From an uncultured Spirochaetaceae bacterium (GTDB lineage: Bacteria; Spirochaetota; Spirochaetia; Sphaerochaetales; Sphaerochaetaceae), in NCBI GenBank assembly GCA_944389145.1, contig CALXLH010000026.1, positions 177-64,176 on the forward strand: a stretch of DNA of 64,000 bases, written 5' to 3'. The notes under the pieces are model-generated. The model saw only the letters and a program-made list of their open reading frames with translations, was not told the origin of the DNA and made no database searches. The position numbers and the translations under genes are program-made. Of the stretch, positions 17,797 through 27,071 are shown one piece after another; position 1 is the first letter of the stretch; every line of letters begins with the position of its first letter.

Positions 17797-19611
17797 ATGA
17801 AACGACGTCTTACCATCATCGCCCTGCTTTTCCTGGTGTTTTCGGCTGATTGCCTCCTTGCATCCAATATGCAGAGGGTCTACACGGTGCGGGATGATGT
17901 ATACAGGCGTGTCGAAGCGCTCTGCAGGAGATGCGGCGTGATAGGTCCTTCTTCGTTCTCTCCTCTTTCTGCGCGTGGGCTTGAGATCGCGCTTGAGAGG
18001 ATAGATCCATCCTCTCTCGATGCGGTGGACAGGGCAGAGTATGAGTACCTGATCTCAGAGGTCACGGAGCGCCGCGTGGTATTCCAGCATGCAGAGATGG
18101 GCATAGAGCTTCAGCTTGACGTGAACGTGCAGGGAACCCTGGCGCCATACGAGGCCTTCGACTACAGCAACAAGGATGCCGGCGCACCTGCGAAGGACAT
18201 GAGGAACGAGGTGGCTATCCCTTATCGCTATGAGCTGCCGTTCGCCCAGGCCCGTGGCCGCTTCTATTACGGAGACTTCCTCTCGCTTGAGGCGGAGCTG
18301 TTCCTTCGCAACAACAACCATCATATGTACGAATCCAGCCTGGGCTGGCTGCTGTCAGGGTATGATGGCAGGCTCTATACGCTATTCTCCGGTCCGGAGG
18401 AAGGCGCGGACCTCTCATACACGACGATACCGCTTGATCTGCCGTATCGCGTGGGGATATCCGCGGGAAACGATTATATCAGCTTCATCGCTGGCCGCTT
18501 TCCCCATAGCGTCGGAAGCGGGGTTACCGGTAATCTCCTCATCGGGGATAACTTCCGCTATCAGGAGATTGCCACGCTCTCATTCCTCAACAATTACTTC
18601 ACGTATAACATCTCTGTCACGCGCTTTGATCTGCAGCGGGATCTGGGCGGCGGCCTGATGGACTTCTCTCGCAGCAAGTTCCTCGGTGATCAGCAGTTCA
18701 GGGTCCTCCACCGCTTCGACGTGAATATACTCGACCGCGTCAGGGCCACCGTTGACTTCGGCACTATGTTCGTATCCTCGACGGCCTTCGATCTGCGGTT
18801 CTTCTACCCCTTCATGCTCAACCATAATCTTGAGAACTATACCAATGATATCGACAGGGTATATTTCGATGAGGCGAACAACACGATGGGCTTCTCCCTC
18901 GAGGCTGCGATCTGGAAGGGGCTGAGCGCATCGTTCCAGTTCGTGCTGGATCAGTTCCAGACGGCAATGGAGGGCGATGGGGTCCCCTCGGCCTATGGAC
19001 TGCTCTTCAATATGAAGTATTCGCCTCGCCTTGATGAGGGTTTCCTTGATACGTATTTCGAGTTCGTCTATACCAATCCTTATCTCTATCTGAACGGGAA
19101 GATCGACAGGGAGACAGGGGAGTATGACCATAACCTCGATTATATAGTGGGCTATCATGGGCGCTTCGTCTCAGACTATGGCTATTCCGGATATGTTCAT
19201 GGTCCTGACTCGATCGTATTCTCGATTGGCGCGGATTATCTTGATGCAGAGGGCATCTGGGGCATGGGCGGGGCACTCATGTACCGCATACAGGGGACGA
19301 ACAGGCTTCGCCATTTCTCACCGCATATAGACAGCACGATCATAGATATGTCAGGTTCCATCATCTCGGAGGATGCCGGCCGCAATCGTCTATCCACGCC
19401 TGTCGGAGGCTGGGACAGGGCCGAGCATCTTATCCGGCTTGATATCTACGCGACCTATGCTCCGATGAGCTTCCTGGACTGCTATCTGGGGCTTTCAGGG
19501 AACCTCTATTATAACTATGGGAATGACAGTTCCCGTGACGGTGTGTTCCTGCCGCAGGCCACGGTCGGCGTGGTGATACGCACTCCGGCGAACTATAAGG
19601 CCATGGTGTGA
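17797..19611 (+). CDS. large secreted hypothetical protein (604 aa), possible outer-membrane protein
   Basis: Signal-peptide-like MKRRLTIIALLFLVFSADCLLA. Tyr/Phe/Gly/Asn-rich beta-type composition. No family recognised. Confidence 0.5.
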   Translation: MKRRLTIIALLFLVFSADCLLASNMQRVYTVRDDVYRRVEALCRRCGVIGPSSFSPLSARGLEIALERIDPSSLDAVDRAEYEYLISEVTERRVVFQHAEMGIELQLDVNVQGTLAPYEAFDYSNKDAGAPAKDMRNEVAIPYRYELPFAQARGRFYYGDFLSLEAELFLRNNNHHMYESSLGWLLSGYDGRLYTLFSGPEEGADLSYTTIPLDLPYRVGISAGNDYISFIAGRFPHSVGSGVTGNLLIGDNFRYQEIATLSFLNNYFTYNISVTRFDLQRDLGGGLMDFSRSKFLGDQQFRVLHRFDVNILDRVRATVDFGTMFVSSTAFDLRFFYPFMLNHNLENYTNDIDRVYFDEANNTMGFSLEAAIWKGLSASFQFVLDQFQTAMEGDGVPSAYGLLFNMKYSPRLDEGFLDTYFEFVYTNPYLYLNGKIDRETGEYDHNLDYIVGYHGRFVSDYGYSGYVHGPDSIVFSIGADYLDAEGIWGMGGALMYRIQGTNRLRHFSPHIDSTIIDMSGSIISEDAGRNRLSTPVGGWDRAEHLIRLDIYATYAPMSFLDCYLGLSGNLYYNYGNDSSRDGVFLPQATVGVVIRTPANYKAMV

Positions 19612-19612
19612 T

Positions 19613-19638
19613 GAAAGGCGGGGGAAATCCCGCCTTTC
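19613..19638. terminator. bidirectional hairpin terminator between convergent genes
   Basis: GAAAGGCGGG-GGAAAT-CCCGCCTTTC: 10-bp perfect stem with A/T runs on both flanks. Confidence 0.6.
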
Positions 19639-19645
19639 TCATGGC

Positions 19646-20914
19646 TCATGAATATTCCCTGTAGAGCCTGCTTATGATCCTTATGCCTTCCTCAGTGAGG
19701 TCATCTGGACCTGAATAGTTGAGCCGGAGGCACTTGTCATAGTGTTCATGTGGATAGGGCTTCTCGTCAGAGCCGAAGAAGAAGTACTCCCCGGGAACAG
19801 TGACGACTCCGTTGTCCATCAGGATAGAGTAGAATTCCAGCGTCGGTATCTTCAGGGATGGCAGGTATAGCCATGTGAATATGGAGCCTTCGATGCGGTG
19901 GAGGAAGTACTCCGTCCCATCGAAGTACCTCCGGATCCATCCTTCAGCCTTCCTGGCCTTCTCCTGATAGAACGGCCTTACATGCTCCTTCGCTGCCTTG
20001 ACAAGCTCTCCTGATGCTATGAGGTTCTCCGATAGCACCTGGCCCATCGTGCATGAGGCGAGGGCCGCGATGGCGTTCATGTTCGATAGCGCCGAGGCGA
20101 TTTCCCTTCGGGCTATTACGATGCCTGTCCTTATCGAGGGCAGCCCGATCTTAGAAAGGCTCATGGAGAGTATTATGTCCTCGTTCCATATGGGCTCGGC
20201 ATCATCGATGAAGATGATATCAGGGAAGGGGAGGCCATAGGCATTGTCCACGATCAGCGGTATGGAATGCTCATGAGCCATCCTCGCAAGTGCCTTTATC
20301 TCTCCATCGGTCAGGACGTTGCCTGATGGATTGGTAGGCCTGGAGACGGCAATCGCTCCGACCTCATCATGCTCATTGAGGTACCGCTCCACGGCTTCCT
20401 GGTCGAGCGTGTACTTGAATGTGCGGTCACTGAAGTACTCACACCTTGCCGCTACGCTTCTGAATGTGCCTTCCTCTATTCCCTGATCGGCGTATCCGAT
20501 GTATTCGGGCATCAGCGGAAAGAGGATCGTCTGCTCTCTTCCCTCCGTGCGTCCAGAAAAAAGGTTGAGAAGATAGAACATCGCGCTCTGGCTGCCGTTT
20601 GTGACGGCGATGTTCTCCTCGCTGATATCCCAGCCATACCTGCTGCGGAAGAATGATGTGACCGCCTCTATGAACCTTGTCCTTCCCTGCGGGGCATCAT
20701 AGTGGGAGATGATGTCCTCGAATGCCTCCCCGGAAGAGAGTATCCTTTCCATCTCTCTCCTGTAGAGCTCCTCTGTCGCCTTCACTCGGGCTGGATTCCC
20801 GCCTCCAAGCGGGTATGTCTTGATACCGCCCGGAAGGGGACGGCCTATATCATCCATGAGCTGCAATATCCCGGAGCGGGATGTGAGCTTCCTGCCGAAA
20901 TCACTGAACTGCAT
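19646..20914 (-). CDS. class I/II PLP-dependent aminotransferase (AvtA/valine-pyruvate-like)
   Basis: PLP-Lys context SLSKIGLPS, about 420 aa. Start reset to MQFSDFGRKL. Confidence 0.75.
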   Translation of the reverse strand: MQFSDFGRKLTSRSGILQLMDDIGRPLPGGIKTYPLGGGNPARVKATEELYRREMERILSSGEAFEDIISHYDAPQGRTRFIEAVTSFFRSRYGWDISEENIAVTNGSQSAMFYLLNLFSGRTEGREQTILFPLMPEYIGYADQGIEEGTFRSVAARCEYFSDRTFKYTLDQEAVERYLNEHDEVGAIAVSRPTNPSGNVLTDGEIKALARMAHEHSIPLIVDNAYGLPFPDIIFIDDAEPIWNEDIILSMSLSKIGLPSIRTGIVIARREIASALSNMNAIAALASCTMGQVLSENLIASGELVKAAKEHVRPFYQEKARKAEGWIRRYFDGTEYFLHRIEGSIFTWLYLPSLKIPTLEFYSILMDNGVVTVPGEYFFFGSDEKPYPHEHYDKCLRLNYSGPDDLTEEGIRIISRLYREYS

Positions 20915-21052
20915 AGCGCTATGATAGGCTGATTGCAGGGGAGAGTGAAGTGCAGAAGGCCTTCCATGTATCATATTTTCTTGCTGTTATTGTATCTGCT
21001 GGAATGAGTTGCCTTCCTTAATAAAGTCTTTTTTCACAATAAGCGCTCAGGC

Positions 21053-21081
21053 ACTTGCATTTCTTTCCCAATCCTGCTAGA
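21053..21081 (+). promoter_or_regulatory. sigma-70-like promoter for tRNA-Phe
   Basis: TTGCAT (21053-58), a 17-nt spacer, then TAGATT (21076-81), about 24 nt upstream of the tRNA 5' end. Confidence 0.4.
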
Positions 21082-21104
21082 TTACTGCTTGTGCGAAAGC
21101 ACGG

Positions 21105-21177
21105 GCCGCTTTAGCTCAGTTGGTAGAGCAAAGGACTGAAAATCCTTGTGTCCCTGGTTCGATTCCTGGAGGCGGCA
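21105..21177 (+). tRNA. tRNA-Phe (anticodon GAA)
   Basis: Hand-folded cloverleaf. Acceptor GCCGCTT/AGGCGGC (one G-U pair), D arm AGCTCAGTTGGTAGAGC, anticodon loop CTGAAAA, T arm CCTGG-TTCGATT-CCTGG (one central T-T mismatch), discriminator A. No CCA is encoded. Confidence 0.88.
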
Positions 21178-21183
21178 TGAAAG

Positions 21184-21208
21184 CTCCTTGTATTGCAAGG
21201 AGTTTTTT
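21184..21208 (+). terminator. Rho-independent terminator after tRNA-Phe
   Basis: CTCCTTG-TATTG-CAAGGAG followed by TTTTTT. Confidence 0.75.
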
Positions 21209-21390
21209 GTTTTCGAGAGCTGCAAATCTCTTCTGGTATATAACTCTCTGAAACCACACAAATTTCTGAACTGATTCAAATTCTTTACCGGAAATTCGTC
21301 TACATATCATATTACTTCGAGATCCAGCTGAGGCAGATCCTCGGCTGGTATCTCTCCGGGATCGCCGTCGGCTCCGTCATATCGGTATTC

Positions 21391-22170
21391 ATGAAGGCCA
21401 GGATACTCGGTGCGATGGAGAGTGTCGGGAGGCATACCGACAGCATCACATTGATAGTCCTTTCCTCGCTGCTGGGCATAGCCTCGCCGCTGTGCATGTA
21501 TGGCACCATCCCGATAGCTGCATCCCTTTCAAGGGGAGGCATAAGGGATTCGTCTCTTGCTGCATTCATGATGAGCTCGATACTCCTCAATCCACAGCTG
21601 ATCGCATATTCGCTTGCCTTAGGTCCTGTGGTTGTGGCTATAAGGATCGTTGCATGCACGCTCTGCGGGATAGCGGCCGACCTCCTCGCGAGGGCATACG
21701 GGAAGGATATCCTTTCCTTCCCGGGGATGGAGGAAAGGAAATCACGGGATACCGATCCTGATATCCTCCCGAGGCTGCTGAAGAACATCGGCAGGAACGT
21801 GAGGGCGACAGGGCCGTACTTCCTTGCAGGCATCCTCCTCTCGGCGCTCTTCCAGCGCTATGTCCCGCAGGAGGCGGTGGGGAGGCTCTTCGGGGAGAAC
21901 GAGGGATTCGGAGTGCTGCTTGCGGCAACGGCAGGGGTTCCTCTGTATGCCTGCGGGGGAGGGACGATACCGCTCCTTCAGGCATGGCTTTCGGACGGGA
22001 TGAGCCTCGGCTCGGCCGCGGCCTTCATGATAACCGGCCCTGCGACGAAGATAACCAACCTGGGAGCCTTGAAGATCGTGCTGAAGGGAAGGATGTTCGT
22101 CCTCTATATCGCGTTCATCATCCTCTTCTCGCTTGGCTCAGGCTATGTAGCGGATTTCCTTACCCATTAA
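21391..22170 (+). CDS. predicted permease (COG0701/UPF0718-like); N-terminus unresolved
   Basis: Multi-TM protein with SPLCMYGTIP (the family has a Cys-containing loop here). The frame is open from 21244 and encodes a further TM helix (ILGWYLSGIAVGSVISVF), with no ATG/GTG/TTG before 21391. Confidence 0.6.
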   Translation: MKARILGAMESVGRHTDSITLIVLSSLLGIASPLCMYGTIPIAASLSRGGIRDSSLAAFMMSSILLNPQLIAYSLALGPVVVAIRIVACTLCGIAADLLARAYGKDILSFPGMEERKSRDTDPDILPRLLKNIGRNVRATGPYFLAGILLSALFQRYVPQEAVGRLFGENEGFGVLLAATAGVPLYACGGGTIPLLQAWLSDGMSLGSAAAFMITGPATKITNLGALKIVLKGRMFVLYIAFIILFSLGSGYVADFLTH

Positions 22171-22730
22171 GTCAGGATAGGGCCTGTCGATGCCTTGCTG
22201 TCCTGCGTCAATCTGCCCTTATATTCGCTTCTGAGGATCTCCATCATATCCTCAGGACTTTCCCTGCATCCATTCTCAAGCCACATCCGTATGATCCGCG
22301 TAATGCCTGCACGGAAGAATTCCATATGGTATTCGACGAATTTATTATCGAAATGCTTCTCTGCGGCCCTGGCATCATATACAAAGCCTTTCAGCTGCGC
22401 ATCATAGCCTAGCTTGAAGTACGTGCGATAGAAGATCTGATTATCCCTTATGTGGCAGAAAAGCTTCAGATAATCGCTGCTGCTCCTCCTGCTTTCGATC
22501 TCATCCCTATACAGCTGCCTCATGTTTTCCTCAAGCTCGCTGCGGATGGAATCTGCGATATCATGCAGCCCGTCAAAGCAGGCATAGAATGTTGTACGGT
22601 TGATCCCAGCCTTCCTGCAGAGCTGCGATATTGAAATCTGATCAAGCTCCTGCAGCTGTATAAGTTCCATGAATGCCTTCCTTATCGTCTCAAGCGTCCC
22701 TTTCCTTCTCTTGTTATTCGCGGTATTCAT
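22167..22730 (-). CDS. TetR/AcrR-family transcriptional regulator
   Basis: HTH ISISQLCRKAGINRTTFYACF. Start reset to MNTANNKRRKG (ATG 22730); the track extension to 23006 overlaps the divergent gene. Confidence 0.8.
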   Translation of the reverse strand: MNTANNKRRKGTLETIRKAFMELIQLQELDQISISQLCRKAGINRTTFYACFDGLHDIADSIRSELEENMRQLYRDEIESRRSSSDYLKLFCHIRDNQIFYRTYFKLGYDAQLKGFVYDARAAEKHFDNKFVEYHMEFFRAGITRIIRMWLENGCRESPEDMMEILRSEYKGRLTQDSKASTGPILT

Positions 22731-22742
22731 CCTTCCCTTTAT

Positions 22743-22773
22743 CTCAACGATCGCGTGCTTGATTGTCGTTGAG
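22743..22773. promoter_or_regulatory. inverted repeat in the TetR divergent intergenic region (candidate operator)
   Basis: CTCAACGA-N15-TCGTTGAG (8-bp perfect arms) between the TetR gene and the membrane-protein gene at 22849. Confidence 0.4.
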
Positions 22774-22848
22774 CATTCCCTATGCACAAAGTTATATTCC
22801 AATCGTAATAAAACAACAACTGTTGATTTATAGGAGCATGATATAGAA

Positions 22849-23220
22849 ATGAAGAAAAGTACATTCGTTACAATGATACTGACGACGATAAGCATTGCCT
22901 TCTTCGCACTTGGAATGTGCATGGCGCTCATTCCGGAATGGAATGCCTTCCGGCAGGGGATCGTATTCGGCGTCATCGGCCTTGTCCTTGGGCTCCTGAC
23001 GATCATCGCCTACAGGAAGATGACCGATAAGGCTCCCATTGAGATTTCAGGACGCATGCTTCTTGTGATCACAGCCGGAATCCTGGGGGCGCTCTTATTC
23101 GGATGCGGCATGTGCTTCTCGATGATATGGGACAATATGGTCCTGGGAATCATCCTGGGCCTTGCCGGAATACTCATGATGCTGATGCTTATCCCGCTTA
23201 TAAGGGGAATAGAGGACTGA
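22849..23220 (+). CDS. small integral membrane protein (4 predicted TM helices)
   Basis: ORF track. Hydrophobic helices, SD AGGAG, divergent from the TetR gene. Confidence 0.5.
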   Translation: MKKSTFVTMILTTISIAFFALGMCMALIPEWNAFRQGIVFGVIGLVLGLLTIIAYRKMTDKAPIEISGRMLLVITAGILGALLFGCGMCFSMIWDNMVLGIILGLAGILMMLMLIPLIRGIED

Positions 23221-23230
23221 GGAAGAGCCG

Positions 23231-23887
23231 ATGATGCTGAAGGATGCCTTGGCATGGCTGGGAAAGGACGGATCCAGCCGGGATATCATGAAGGCCGGCC
23301 TGTCGTTTCTCTGCAATCTGCTCTATGCATCATTCAACCTGGCTCTGGCATGGATCTATCAGTCGGAGTGGTATCTCATGATGGCCGCCTTCCTTTCTCC
23401 CTTCTGCATCATGCGATTCCTGTTCCTTCAGACGTGTAGGAGAGGCAGCGGAGATGATGGACTCGGAGTCTTGCATGCAGCAGGCATCATCATGCTCTTT
23501 CTTGATGCGATGATGGTAGCGATCGTCTATGTGACTTCACGGATCCAGGTAACTGAAGGACACGGCGAGATCGTCATGATTACCATCGCGGCATATACGT
23601 TCACGAAGCTCGGGCTTGCGGTTTTCAAGGCTGTGAACGCAAGAAAGGACGGCAGATTGCTTTCCAAGGCCATGCGATGCATCTCATATGCAGAGCTCAC
23701 GGCCTCGATGCTCAGCCTTCAGCGTTCGATGATTGTCTCATTCGGAAGCGGGGATCATGAATGGGCATGCATGATGAACATCATCAGCGGAAGCGCGGCA
23801 TGCCTTCTCATAGCAGCGATAGGGATCTCGATGATCTCATGCAGGAGGGGCAGAGGTGAAATCAAGAGCCGCAGGAGCGGTCGATAG
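23231..23887 (+). CDS. integral membrane protein (218 aa)
   Basis: ORF track. Several hydrophobic helices, 10 nt downstream of the previous gene. Confidence 0.5.
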   Translation: MMLKDALAWLGKDGSSRDIMKAGLSFLCNLLYASFNLALAWIYQSEWYLMMAAFLSPFCIMRFLFLQTCRRGSGDDGLGVLHAAGIIMLFLDAMMVAIVYVTSRIQVTEGHGEIVMITIAAYTFTKLGLAVFKAVNARKDGRLLSKAMRCISYAELTASMLSLQRSMIVSFGSGDHEWACMMNIISGSAACLLIAAIGISMISCRRGRGEIKSRRSGR

Positions 23888-24089
23888 GATCGCAGAGGAA
23901 GCCACGGCAGGATTAAGGAAGATCCAGAACCGTGTCGTGAACGGGTATAAGGGAGTCGAGGGAGGATCCACGAAGCTGGAAGATTGCCTCATATGCCGCT
24001 ATCTTGCAAGGGATGGAGAGAGCATCGCCGAGGCGAAGGAGCGGCTTAGGAGAGAAGTTCTGGAAATACAGGCTAAGCCAAAATTATAG
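23856..24089 (+). CDS. small hydrophilic protein (77 aa)
   Basis: GTG start with SD AGGAGGGG 6 nt upstream; overlaps the previous gene's end. The NRVVNGYKGVEGG segment resembles repeat proteins I recall next to such membrane genes in Firmicutes. Weak call. Confidence 0.35.
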   Translation: MKSRAAGAVDRIAEEATAGLRKIQNRVVNGYKGVEGGSTKLEDCLICRYLARDGESIAEAKERLRREVLEIQAKPKL

Positions 24090-24099
24090 GAGATAAGGA

Positions 24100-24430
24100 A
24101 TGAAAAAGAAGATTCTCATCCCAGACCTTCGGGTATGTGAATGGCTGTCCGATCGGTTATCTCGTATCTGTAAATGCAGATTTCAACCTCGCCGATGGAG
24201 CAATGGCAATAGGAATGCTTATCGGACCAAGCTATTGCTATATGATCTCGAACGTACCGTTGTCCATCGAGGTGGCTATCGGAGCTTCGCTTGCTGCCCA
24301 GAGCTTTTCGGATACGGGCCTGTTTGAGCTGGGTGTTGGCGGATATCTGGGCGCAACATATTATCTGGATGATGCCATAGCGCTGCTTATCGGATGCAAT
24401 ATCGGCTATGACATGCTTGGTGTTGACTGA
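24100..24430 (+). pseudogene. possible frameshifted or truncated remnant of an exported beta-barrel/lipoprotein gene
   Basis: AGGAG plus ATG 24100 encodes MKKKILI, then junk. The +1 frame (24137..24430) encodes beta-strand-like GYLVSVNADFNL...GVGGYLGATYYLDD... without a signal peptide. Confidence 0.3.
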
Positions 24431-24571
24431 ACGATGGAGATGCTTGCTTTTCCGGGGATTTCTATGTTTCTCCGTCATTGTCGATCGGCTTCAGATATTG
24501 ACTTCTTCCTTCGATATTATAAGTCCTGGCGGGCATGCCATTTGACGCAGGAACCTGCGGGAGCTTATCGA

Positions 24572-24598
24572 GGCGGAGCTGCTGTTCCGCCTTTCTTC
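24572..24598 (+). terminator. Rho-independent terminator
   Basis: GGCGGA-GCTGCTGT-TCCGCC followed by TTTCTTC. Confidence 0.5.
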
Positions 24599-24688
24599 AT
24601 CATGCCTTGCGAGGAGGTCCATTCCTGGGTGCTTAAGGCATATATCCGCCATGATGATATCGTAGTATGATATCAGGGGGAGCGGTGG

Positions 24689-25183
24689 ATGGAATACAGG
24701 ATCGTTCATAAGGATGCATTCAGGATAATCGGATTCAGGAAGAGGATCAGGCTGCAGTTCGAGGGGGAGAACCATCAGATCGATGAGCTTATGGAGCGGA
24801 TTACTCCCTCTGTCAGTCTTGAGCTTGAAGCGCTCAACGACGAAGAGCCTCGCGGTCTTCTCAGCATCTCAACGGCCTTTGAGGACAGGGTACGGGAGGG
24901 AAGCCTCCTTGATCAGTATATCGGCGTGGCCTCCGCCTCTGACCGTCCATCCGAGAGCTTTGATTCCCTTGATATCCCTTCCTATGACTGGGCCGTCTTC
25001 AGTGCCGTGGGAAGGTATCCTGAGGCGCTGCAGCGGGCATGGGCGGATATCTATGCCATCTGGCTGCCGGAATCGGGGTATGAGCTGGCTGGAGGTCCGG
25101 AGATGCTCCGCAATCTCGATGAGGATGTCTCTCTTCCTCTATTCCGGAGCGAGCTCTGGATTCCTGTGCGCAGGAAGGCGTGA
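24689..25183 (+). CDS. GyrI-like small-molecule-binding domain protein (AraC effector-binding-domain type)
   Basis: 164 aa: MEYRIVHKDAFRIIGFRKR...WAVFSAVG...ELWIPVRRK, the typical GyrI-like pattern. Confidence 0.7.
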   Translation: MEYRIVHKDAFRIIGFRKRIRLQFEGENHQIDELMERITPSVSLELEALNDEEPRGLLSISTAFEDRVREGSLLDQYIGVASASDRPSESFDSLDIPSYDWAVFSAVGRYPEALQRAWADIYAIWLPESGYELAGGPEMLRNLDEDVSLPLFRSELWIPVRRKA

Positions 25184-25256
25184 TGCAGGAGCCTGCTCAT
25201 TCCTCACTGGCTGCATATCTTTCTCATATGCGGTAGGGTATTATCGATCCAGAGGT

Positions 25257-25916
25257 ATGCATATGAACAGATCAGCAGCCCTTCTGCGGCGTATCATCAT
25301 GATGATGGCAGGCCTTTTGCTGATGGCCATGGGTGTCTCGTTCTCCATAGCCGCCGGTCTTGGCACATCTCCGATATCAAGCCTGCCTTATACGCTGAGC
25401 CTCCTGACTCCTCTTACCGTCGGCAGCGCTACGATACTCGTGAACGCGCTGATGGTCATGCTCCAGATCATCATCCTCAGGCGGCGCTTCCATCCTGTAC
25501 AGCTGCTGCAGATAGCGGTGTCTTCCGTGTTCGGTATCCTCATTGACCTTGCCTCGTCATTCATCGGCGGCCTTGTTCCATCAGGATATCTGTCATCGTG
25601 GATGTATTGCCTTCTTGGAATCGCTCTTGTAGGCGCAGGCGTCAGCCTTGAGGTGCTGTCCTCGACGGTACCCTTGGCTGCCGAGGGACTTTCCCTCGCG
25701 ATCTCCCAGGCAGCGGGGAGGCGCTTCGGCACGGTGAAGGTCGCCGTGGATCTGTCGCTGGTGGCCCTGTCCCTTGCCCTGTCCATCCCTCTCCTGCACA
25801 GCCCCGGAGGCGTGCGGGAAGGAACGCTGGCAGCAGCGCTTCTGGTGGGAACGGTCGCGAGGCTCCTCTGCAAGGTGCTTCAGCCGCTCCGCCAGCGATA
25901 CTTCTCATTGCAGTAA
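25257..25916 (+). CDS. YczE-like integral membrane protein, paralog 1
   Basis: AGLLLMAMGVSFSIAAGLGTSPISSLPY... aligns by eye with ORF 29796..30509 (AGLLILAFGLTMNVMTGLGVSPIISVSY). The track ORF 24783..25916 is an out-of-frame fusion artefact. Confidence 0.6.
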   Translation: MHMNRSAALLRRIIMMMAGLLLMAMGVSFSIAAGLGTSPISSLPYTLSLLTPLTVGSATILVNALMVMLQIIILRRRFHPVQLLQIAVSSVFGILIDLASSFIGGLVPSGYLSSWMYCLLGIALVGAGVSLEVLSSTVPLAAEGLSLAISQAAGRRFGTVKVAVDLSLVALSLALSIPLLHSPGGVREGTLAAALLVGTVARLLCKVLQPLRQRYFSLQ

Positions 25917-25943
25917 CGCCTCTTCTCTGCTATTCCTGTATCC

Positions 25944-27071
25944 ATGAAAGCTGCTACGATTCTCATCAAGCCTGCTTCCGGCAGATGCAATATGAGGTGC
26001 CGTTACTGCTTCTATCAGGATGAGGCAGAGAACAGGGAATATAAGGACTATGGGATGATGAGCCTGGATACGGCCCATGCACTGATCGACAGGATGAGTG
26101 CCGCATTCGATGATGTCACATATGCGTTCCAGGGTGGAGAGCCCACGGTGCGCGGCCTTGATTTCTTCCGCTCGTTCACGGAGTATGCCGAGGGGAAGGG
26201 GAAGAGCGTCCATTTCGCGATCCAGACCAACGGCTTCATCATAGACAGGGAATGGGCATCCTTCTTCAAGGAGCATGGCTATCTCGTCGGGCTCTCAATG
26301 GATGGGGATAAGGCGATGCATGACAGATACCGCGTCGATGGCCGAGGCAAAGGAACGTTCCGCCGTGTCTTCTCGTCATTCCAGATCCTCTCATCATGCG
26401 GAGTGGACTTCAACGTGCTGGTAACCCTTACCGCGCCTGCCGCCCTCAGGGGCCGGGAGATCTACCAGTTCCTGAAGAGGAACGGCGCCCGCTACCAGCA
26501 GTATATCCCGTGCATAGATCCGATGGCCTCGGAAAGAGGAAGCGAGGAGTACTCGCTGACGCCTGAGGCATATCTCTCGTTCCTCAATGATGTGTTTGCC
26601 CTCTATTATCGTGACTGGGAGCGCGGTGATTATGTCTCTGTCCGCTATTTCGATAACCTCGTGACGATGATGATGGGAATGCGCCCTGAGTCCTGCGGCC
26701 TTCTCGGCTTCTGCCCTGACAACTATGTGGTGGAGGCAGATGGCAGCGTCTTCCCCTGCGACTTCTATGTGCTGGATGGATATCTGCTAGGGAACATATG
26801 TCGCGATAGCCTTGAGGATATCGACAGGAAGCGCGAGGAGATAGGCTTCAGGGAGAAGTCTCTGAGGATAGAGCCTGAATGCTCAGGATGCCCTGTCTTC
26901 ATGCTCTGCCGCGGCGGCTGCCGCCGTGACAGGGAAGACTTCTCCACGGGGGATCTCCGGCTTTCATATCTCTGTCCGGCATACAGGTCGTTCCTTGCTT
27001 CCGCACGGCCATATCTTGAGACCATTGCTAAGGCTGAGATACGGGCTAGGGGTATGAAACTGCGGAATTAG
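25944..27071 (+). CDS. radical SAM/SPASM-domain enzyme (anaerobic sulfatase-maturating-enzyme family)
   Basis: CX3CX2C at C15/C19/C22 (CNMRCRYC). C-terminal SPASM motif CSGCPVFMLCRGGC (CX2CX5CX3C) plus upstream Cys pairs. 375 aa. Confidence 0.85.
   Translation: MKAATILIKPASGRCNMRCRYCFYQDEAENREYKDYGMMSLDTAHALIDRMSAAFDDVTYAFQGGEPTVRGLDFFRSFTEYAEGKGKSVHFAIQTNGFIIDREWASFFKEHGYLVGLSMDGDKAMHDRYRVDGRGKGTFRRVFSSFQILSSCGVDFNVLVTLTAPAALRGREIYQFLKRNGARYQQYIPCIDPMASERGSEEYSLTPEAYLSFLNDVFALYYRDWERGDYVSVRYFDNLVTMMMGMRPESCGLLGFCPDNYVVEADGSVFPCDFYVLDGYLLGNICRDSLEDIDRKREEIGFREKSLRIEPECSGCPVFMLCRGGCRRDREDFSTGDLRLSYLCPAYRSFLASARPYLETIAKAEIRARGMKLRN

Noticed and set aside
21312-21833. A 173-aa minus-strand ORF opposite the permease gene.
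   Set aside because: It is antisense to a multi-TM permease whose translation shows clear family-like features. The minus-strand product is Ser/Pro/Arg-rich.
24783-25916. A 377-aa ORF spanning the GyrI-like gene region and the YczE-like gene.
   Set aside because: Its first ~155 aa are an out-of-frame read of the GyrI-like gene (24689..25183). Membrane-protein sequence begins only at MHMNRS (25257).
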